From NCBI GenBank assembly GCA_046484135.1, contig JAWOBU010000231.1, forward strand, positions 1-12,337: a stretch of DNA of 12,337 nucleotides. Reading direction: 5' to 3'. Positions 7,289 through 12,337 of the stretch are shown here, piece by piece (position 1 is the first letter of the stretch; each line of letters begins with the position of its first letter). The position numbers and the translations under genes are program-made. The stretch comes from a bacterium. Lineage in GTDB: Bacteria; RBG-13-61-14; DATKZS01. A model generated the notes under the pieces. That model saw only the letters and a list, made by a program, of their open reading frames with translations. It searched no databases and was not told where the DNA came from.

Positions 7289-8317
7289 CTATGGCTTTAA
7301 TATGACCTTTACGGCATCGCCGCTCTGCATGGCGGCAAGCCCTTCGCCAAAGCTCGAAAGCGGAAGCCGCATGCTGATGAGCGGCTCCGGGTCTATCACT
7401 CCCTGCGCCAGGAGTCTCACCGCCTGGGGAAAGGTGTGGCGGGCGATGTAAGAGCCCAGCACCGTAAGCTCCTTCCGTGTGATGTCGTTCTGGCAGAAGT
7501 CCGCGCAAACCGCTTTGGTGTTCTGACCGAAAAGCAGAACGCGGCCGCCGGGCCGGGCGCGGGAGACAGCCTCGGAAAACAGCGACCCCACTGCGTCAAT
7601 CACCATGTCCGCGTAGTCTCCCAGGTTTTCTTTAAACCTCGAATCAAAGTCCGCCGAAGCCGGGTCCAATCCTGCCGCCCCCAGCTTTTCCGCAAACTTC
7701 CTCCTGGCCGGGTTCGGCTCGCTTACGCCCACCGCGGCGAGACCGCTCGCTTTTAAGCAAAGCGCGAATAAAAGCCCGATCGGACCTCCTCCCAGTACCA
7801 GCCCGCTTTCCCCGAATGCAGGCTCCAGCCTTCGCACCCCGTTCAGCACGCACGCCAGCGGCTCGGTAAACGCCGCTTTGTCCGGCGCAAGCTCCGGAGG
7901 CAAAACATACAACTGCCGGGCGGGCGCGACCGTATACTTTGCAAAGCCTCCGTTAATAAAAATGCCCAGGGTGGTCATGTTCTCGCACATGTTGTGGAAG
8001 CCGTCCTGGCAGAAAGCGCAGCAGCCGCAGGTGATATTGGGGTCCGCGGCCACCCGGTTGCCCGGCGAGATGTGGGTTACGTCTTCTCCGGCCTCTACCA
8101 CCTTGCCGGTGAACTCGTGGCCCAGTATGGTGCCCACTGTGCCGGGATGCCCCGGCGGGTCGTGCAGGATGTGCACGTCAGTGCCGCAGATGCCGGCGGC
8201 CTCGATCTCGACAAGCACCTGGCCGGGGGCCCTGATTTTCGGCGCCGGGACCTCCCGGAGCTCCCATTTACCGGGGGCAACGAACACCACCGCCTGCATG
8301 GTATCGGGCAAACTCAT
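7289..8317 (-). CDS. Zn-dependent medium-chain dehydrogenase (sorbitol/threonine DH-like), substrate unknown
   Basis: GICGTDVH, GHE, structural-Zn CGCCAFC...C, EPLAC and GGGPIG Rossmann motif. AAGGAGAGG RBS upstream of the ATG at 8317. Confidence 0.9.
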   Translation of the reverse strand: MSLPDTMQAVVFVAPGKWELREVPAPKIRAPGQVLVEIEAAGICGTDVHILHDPPGHPGTVGTILGHEFTGKVVEAGEDVTHISPGNRVAADPNITCGCCAFCQDGFHNMCENMTTLGIFINGGFAKYTVAPARQLYVLPPELAPDKAAFTEPLACVLNGVRRLEPAFGESGLVLGGGPIGLLFALCLKASGLAAVGVSEPNPARRKFAEKLGAAGLDPASADFDSRFKENLGDYADMVIDAVGSLFSEAVSRARPGGRVLLFGQNTKAVCADFCQNDITRKELTVLGSYIARHTFPQAVRLLAQGVIDPEPLISMRLPLSSFGEGLAAMQSGDAVKVILKP

Positions 8318-8342
8318 TGCTTTTTCCTCTCCTTGCAAGAGC

Positions 8343-9542
8343 TCAGCTCAAGTCGGTAACCGTTATCTTGCATTCCTGCCGGTCGTCGCGCAGCTTAGCG
8401 AGCGCATCCGGTACCTGGTCCAGCTTGATCTTGGACGTGATCATGGGGGTCATGTCCATTCCCGCGGCCATGGAGCTTATGACGCGGGGAAAGGTGCCGT
8501 GCCCGGAGTGGCCCTGGCTGCCCACTATCTGCGCCCGCCGGACCTGGAGCACCTCGCCGGTTACCGGCATCTTCTTGTCCGCCCGCGCCACCACCACCAC
8601 GGTCGAGTTCAACGTCCTGCCGTTCCAGATCACCTTTTCAATGCCGGGATACACCAGGTCGGGAAGGCCGGTGGCCTCGAGGAATAAATCGGCCCCCATG
8701 CCGCGGGTCAGCTCGAGCACCGCGTCCCCGAAGTCGTCTTTCGTGGGGTCAATAACATGGTCGGCGCCCAGCTTCCTGCCCATGTCCGCCCGCGCGGGCT
8801 CCGGCTCGGAGAGGACCACCCGGGCCGCGCCTTCCCGCTTCAGGATGGCGCACGCGGCAACGCCGATGGGACCGCCGCCGCAGATCACCACGTTGTCGCC
8901 CGGCCGGATGCCGCCGCCCCGTTCGATGACCGCGGTGTAAGCCACCGAGGTCGGCTCGACCAGGCTTCCGGCCAGGAAAAGGTCGTCTTCCTGATACGCA
9001 TGTTTCAGCTCTTGCAGGGACCAGGCCAGCCGGGCGGGCACGGCAACGTATCTCGCGAACCCGCCGTTTACGTTGAATCCGAGCTCGTCGAGCCGCTCGC
9101 AGTGGTTCGGGTAACCGTCCGCGCAGGGACGGCACGCCCCGCACCAGACCATCTCCTCCACGCAGACCGGCTCGCCTTCCCGGAAGCGCTCGCCCGTGCG
9201 CTTGTTCCAGGCGTTCTTGCCCGCCTCTGCCACCACTCCGCCGATCTCGTGGCCCAGGATCACGGGAAAGCCGGTCAGGCCGGGATACCAGATATAGCCG
9301 TCGTCGTCCGGCTGGGCCATGTGGACGTCAGACCCGCATATCCCCACCGCCCGCGTCTCGATCAATATCTCTTCGTCCGAAACCTTTGGCACCGGATGGT
9401 CTTCAATGGACACCCGAGGGTCTTTCCAGACCTGGCTGCCCAGGTAAGTCTGTTTTTTGTCCACGTCCTTGGGGCCGAGCGTAAAGCCGGGCCGCGGCTT
9501 CCAGTCCGCGAAAAGAGTTACTCCGCGCATGGTATCTGCCAT
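8343..9542 (-). CDS. iolM: scyllo-inosose 3-dehydrogenase (Zn-dependent MDR)
   Basis: IolM-type N-terminal extension (ADWKPRPG...YLGSQVWKDP), GICGSDVHM..DDDGYIWYPGLT.FP.ILGHE, EEMVWCGACRPC...NHC and GSQGHSGHGTFPRVI. Strong AGGAGGTG RBS. Confidence 0.9.
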   Translation of the reverse strand: MADTMRGVTLFADWKPRPGFTLGPKDVDKKQTYLGSQVWKDPRVSIEDHPVPKVSDEEILIETRAVGICGSDVHMAQPDDDGYIWYPGLTGFPVILGHEIGGVVAEAGKNAWNKRTGERFREGEPVCVEEMVWCGACRPCADGYPNHCERLDELGFNVNGGFARYVAVPARLAWSLQELKHAYQEDDLFLAGSLVEPTSVAYTAVIERGGGIRPGDNVVICGGGPIGVAACAILKREGAARVVLSEPEPARADMGRKLGADHVIDPTKDDFGDAVLELTRGMGADLFLEATGLPDLVYPGIEKVIWNGRTLNSTVVVVARADKKMPVTGEVLQVRRAQIVGSQGHSGHGTFPRVISSMAAGMDMTPMITSKIKLDQVPDALAKLRDDRQECKITVTDLS

Positions 9543-9610
9543 CTAACACCTCCTGAAAAACCCTCGATGACATTCAAGTGGCCACAACCTACTTAAAGGC
9601 GCTTAAGCTC

Positions 9611-9638
9611 ATGATACTAAATTCAAGCCGGCCGGCAA
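9611..9638 (-). promoter_or_regulatory. Candidate sigma70 promoter of the iol operon
   Basis: Minus strand TTGCCG (9638-9633) - 16 nt - TATCAT (9616-9611), about 70 nt upstream of iolM, at the edge of an AT-rich intergenic region. Confidence 0.4.
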
Positions 9639-9775
9639 AGAATAAACGCAGGAGCAAACCTTTTCTTTAGTAAAGTTGCTGAAAGTTTTCTTCTTTTATT
9701 ATCGTTTTGTCTTGAAGGCTTATTTTAGATAAATAAGTGCCATCCTTGGTAAATTCTGCGGGATTTGTAGTTTTC

Positions 9776-10411
9776 TCATCGGAAGACCACTTCCAGGCCT
9801 ACGGTCTCTTTAAAGATACCGCTGGAGTGGTTAAGTCGGCTGACAATGTCTTCGCGTTTCGGCAAAAGCTCCTCTTGGCGCAGGAAATGATAGGTTGCTC
9901 CCTTGAACTGCGAGCGCAGTTCGGCTTTTTGGTTCCGGTCCGTTGCCCAGTCCGCCAGGACCTGAAGTCCCGACCTTTGGGTGAGATAGCGCATGGACTC
10001 GAGGTCCACCGAAAAAGTCAGCTCTTCCGGGTCGGGAATGGAGATGAATATCTGCGTCCCCTCCCGGCTGATGTCTTCCCTGGACACCTTCCCCAAATCC
10101 ACGCCGTAGTATAGTGAGACCTTGGCTATCATATAGCCGTGCCGCTTCCCCAGAAAAAGGTTGTTCTCTTCCGATTCCACAATGGTCTGGGTCACTATGC
10201 GGTCGGTGACCAGAAAACTCAGTTGCTCTTGATGCAACACCTCCAGGGTCTGCTCCTGCACTTGCTGCCAGGCGACAAGGCTTTTTATTACAGGGGAGAT
10301 GGATGGCGATAAGACCACCAGAGCGAGCGCGACAAGAAACGCAAGAAATACATAAACGGCGTATCGCGCTTTTTGACGGACCCCGGTTTTGCTTTGCTTT
10401 GAGCCGCTCAT
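9776..10411 (-). CDS. DUF4230 domain-containing membrane-anchored protein
   Basis: Basic N-terminus plus one TM helix (AVYVFLAFLVALALVVL), followed by 'IAKVSLYYGVDLGKVSREDI....IFISIPDPEEL', typical of DUF4230. Confidence 0.8.
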   Translation of the reverse strand: MSGSKQSKTGVRQKARYAVYVFLAFLVALALVVLSPSISPVIKSLVAWQQVQEQTLEVLHQEQLSFLVTDRIVTQTIVESEENNLFLGKRHGYMIAKVSLYYGVDLGKVSREDISREGTQIFISIPDPEELTFSVDLESMRYLTQRSGLQVLADWATDRNQKAELRSQFKGATYHFLRQEELLPKREDIVSRLNHSSGIFKETVGLEVVFR

Positions 10412-10444
10412 GTCCCGGCCGCACCCTTCCCCATCGTTGTGGAT

Positions 10445-10528
10445 TCAGCAGGAAACAAAACGCATAATAATAAGAAGAGCTACCACACCCACCACGGCGC
10501 CGATGATATACTTATGATATTTATACAT
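10445..10528 (-). CDS. Small single-TM protein, 27 aa (MYKYHKYIIGAVVGVVALLIIMRFVSC); absent from the ORF track
   Basis: AAGGAGG (10542-10536) lies 7 nt before the ATG at 10528. Basic N-terminus and a 17-residue hydrophobic stretch. TGA at 10447-10445, 33 nt before the DUF4230 start. Confidence 0.65.
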   Translation of the reverse strand: MYKYHKYIIGAVVGVVALLIIMRFVSC

Positions 10529-10635
10529 TGTCATTCCTCCTTGTTACGGTCCACCGAGGACTTAAAGTCCTCTTTCAGTTTCTCGTCACTCCTGTCCGCG
10601 TTCCCGCCAGTGAAGACCCATCCACAGACACTCTT

Positions 10636-10665
10636 AACTTACACAATACGCTTCACTCCTGTCAA
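10636..10665 (-). promoter_or_regulatory. Candidate sigma70 promoter for the small protein-DUF4230 unit
   Basis: Minus strand perfect TTGACA (10665-10660) - 18 nt - TAAGTT (10641-10636). Confidence 0.5.
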
Positions 10666-10774
10666 GCGGGCTTCACCTTCCTTTAAGCCTCCGCTATCCA
10701 GCCGCTTTGGCGTCTCGATTGTGCCCCCCCGTTAACAGGCGCTCTTGATTTCTCGCCAAACATGGCCGCACGCC

Positions 10775-10802
10775 TTGACAAACGCGGTTGTTTCCGCAAA
10801 CT
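10775..10802 (+). promoter_or_regulatory. Candidate divergent sigma70 promoter for the DUF2007-like gene
   Basis: Perfect TTGACA (10775-10780) - 16 nt - CAAACT (10797-10802). Confidence 0.4.
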
Positions 10803-10855
10803 TGAACTAAAGAGCTTGAACCATCCTCAAGCGGACAAAACGAGGAGAAGAGAAA

Positions 10856-11110
10856 ATGTTAAAAGACCTGCGCCCGGTTTTCCGGGGCGAGATGCAGGAG
10901 GCGACCCTGGTGATGAGCTACCTCATGGGCGACGAGATAGAAGTGAAGATGATCCAGGACGTAACCAGCGAGCCCCTGCAGGGCAAGGTCGCCCACGAGA
11001 CCAAGAGCCAATACACCCTCCAGGTGCTCCTGGTCCCGCCCGAGCAGGAAGAACGGGCCCGGGAACTCATAGACGATTTTCTCGAACGCCAGGGGGATGA
11101 AGAAAAATAA
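10856..11110 (+). CDS. DUF2007-like (putative signal-transducing, GlnB-like fold) small protein
   Basis: GAGGAG RBS. The pattern 'VF.G...EATLVMSYL....IEV' ... 'VLLVPPEQEERARELI' is characteristic of DUF2007. Confidence 0.75.
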   Translation: MLKDLRPVFRGEMQEATLVMSYLMGDEIEVKMIQDVTSEPLQGKVAHETKSQYTLQVLLVPPEQEERARELIDDFLERQGDEEK

Positions 11111-11137
11111 ATACACTTTTTCCGCATGACTTTTTTC

Positions 11138-12337
11138 TCACGGGGCCCCTTGTAAAGGGGGGATAATTTTTTCCTTGTGGGGGCGCCTTCGTAGATACGC
11201 CGCCAGGAAGACCAGTACTCCCGCTCCGAATGCCAGCCCCGTCCACAGGCCTACCCGGAAGGACACGGGAACAAACCTCATGATTACCTGCCTGCCGGTG
11301 CCTTCAAGCTGCAAGCTTCGAAAACCCAGCTTTCCGGTCTCTATCTTGAGCTCTTTATCTCCCTGCCAGGCCCGCCAGCCGGGGTAGTAGGAGTCGGAGA
11401 TATAAAGACGCCTCAAGGAAGGCGGCGCCTTGCGGGGAATATCTATCCGGACCGAATTGGGGGAAGGGTACTCAACCTCTGCCGGGACAAAGCCGGAGCG
11501 CTTCTCGCTCCAGAGCACCGCCCGCGGCATGGCGTTCTGGTTTTCATAAGCATACAAGCTCCGCCTCCTGGATGAGTTGTCCTTTAATACGGGCTTTAGC
11601 TCCAGGCCGGGAAGCTTGCCGGCCGGATGGCGGGACAGGATCATGCCCACGTTCATCCGGTTTAAAAGCCACGCCTTGTCCCGGTCCAGGTTGTCGGGAT
11701 TGCGTAGTTCGTGTTGCACGTAATGAACGAGCCTCTCTTCCTTGTATTCCAGGAGGGCCGGGTATAAGAGCGCCAGCCGGCGGGCCGATTTTTCCGGCGG
11801 CACCCGGACGAATGTTGCAATGTTGTCTGCGTTCATGCGCAGGCCGAGATGAAAAAGAAGGTCGGTGTCAAAGATGCCGTTACTGGAGAGGATGTGATAG
11901 CGGGTCTGGCCCGAGGTATCGGACAAAAGGGACGACACCCGAGGGTCCACCCGGAAGACCGAGGGGTCGGTACGTGGCTCCCATCCTAACGCCAGGAAGT
12001 AGAGATCGAGCACCACCAGGGCCACCGCCACCGCTCGCTTGCGGCGGAGAAGAGGGGCGGACCAGCGGCTTTTCGGAAACAGCCCGGCAAGGCCGGTTAT
12101 AACAAAAGCGGCCACAAAAAACAGCCGGAGCCCGGCCGCGTACCGGAACCAGTACAAAGACACCAGGGTAAGAAGCCCATAACCCAACAGGTAGGCGGCG
12201 CCCGTTCGGTTGAAGGGAAGCGGGAGCCCTTCTTCCTCGCCCTCTTTACCTGCTTCACCTTTCAGCCACCGGTCCAGGGAGTAGCAGACGGCCATGAAAA
12301 AGAACAGGTTTATTACCGGCAGGGCCCGGAAAGAAAG
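11138..12337 (-). CDS. YfhO-family (GT-C-like) membrane protein, C-terminal part; 5'-truncated
   Basis: The frame is open to the window edge. It has several TM segments, YENQNAMPRA, YPSPNSVRIDI, ISDSYYPGWRA, GFRSLQL and F.PVSFRVGLW followed by a terminal TM helix. Confidence 0.82.
   Translation of the reverse strand, partial: LSFRALPVINLFFFMAVCYSLDRWLKGEAGKEGEEEGLPLPFNRTGAAYLLGYGLLTLVSLYWFRYAAGLRLFFVAAFVITGLAGLFPKSRWSAPLLRRKRAVAVALVVLDLYFLALGWEPRTDPSVFRVDPRVSSLLSDTSGQTRYHILSSNGIFDTDLLFHLGLRMNADNIATFVRVPPEKSARRLALLYPALLEYKEERLVHYVQHELRNPDNLDRDKAWLLNRMNVGMILSRHPAGKLPGLELKPVLKDNSSRRRSLYAYENQNAMPRAVLWSEKRSGFVPAEVEYPSPNSVRIDIPRKAPPSLRRLYISDSYYPGWRAWQGDKELKIETGKLGFRSLQLEGTGRQVIMRFVPVSFRVGLWTGLAFGAGVLVFLAAYLRRRPHKEKIIPPLQGAP

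Noticed and set aside
5907..7451. 514-aa + strand ORF
   Set aside because: Antisense shadow of iolO/iolN/MDR. It is Arg/His/Pro-rich with no recognisable motifs, as expected opposite GC3-rich genes.
7263..7508. N-terminal extension of IolN in the ORF track
   Set aside because: It overlaps the MDR 3' end by about 220 nt, and a good RBS plus the family N-terminus lie at about 7259.
8317..9596. + strand ORFs 8317-8940 and 8757-9596
   Set aside because: Antisense to the well-supported iolM, with no motifs.
9726..9742. Possible sigma54 promoter (TGGCAC on the minus strand) for the iol operon
   Set aside because: The -24 box is perfect, but the -12 position reads TATC instead of TTGC, so GG-N10-GC is absent.
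10531..10638. Minus-strand open frame ending in an ATGA overlap with the microprotein's upstream ATG
   Set aside because: It is bounded by TAA upstream with no usable start codon and RBS. It is better explained as the 5' leader.
10439..10735. 98-aa + strand ORF
   Set aside because: No RBS and Ser/Pro-rich. It runs antisense over the microprotein and its promoter.
1..12337. tRNA/rRNA, CRISPR array, IS or integrase, defence system
   Set aside because: No cloverleaf, regularly spaced repeats, terminal inverted repeats, or transposase/nuclease-ATPase signatures were seen.

Overview
Bacterial, GC-rich window with no RNA genes, mobile elements or CRISPR arrays that I can support. The small hypothetical proteins resemble those of deltaproteobacteria (Desulfobacterota-like); this host assignment is tentative. 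There are three blocks. (1) 1-5100 (+) looks like a stress/dormancy cluster: a degenerate receiver-like protein, a small hypothetical, an Sll1863-like coiled-coil protein, a DUF72 protein, a short FKBP-type PPIase, a YbhB/YbcL (PEBP) protein, an MBL-fold hydrolase and a baeRF3/7-family (Balon-like) release-factor homolog lacking GGQ/NIKS. (2) 5302-9542 (-) is a compact four-gene Thermotoga-type inositol catabolic operon, iolM - extra Zn-dependent dehydrogenase - iolN - iolO, with no iolG, kinase, transporter or regulator. (3) 9776-12337 holds a DUF4230 membrane protein, preceded by an uncalled 27-aa single-TM small protein with a GGA-rich structured leader, a divergent DUF2007-like protein, and the 3' part of a YfhO-family membrane protein. 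The most notable points are the iol variant, whose extra MDR enzyme may replace IolG, the Balon-like gene in a stress cluster, and the hidden small protein with its leader. Family calls rest on recalled motifs, not database searches.
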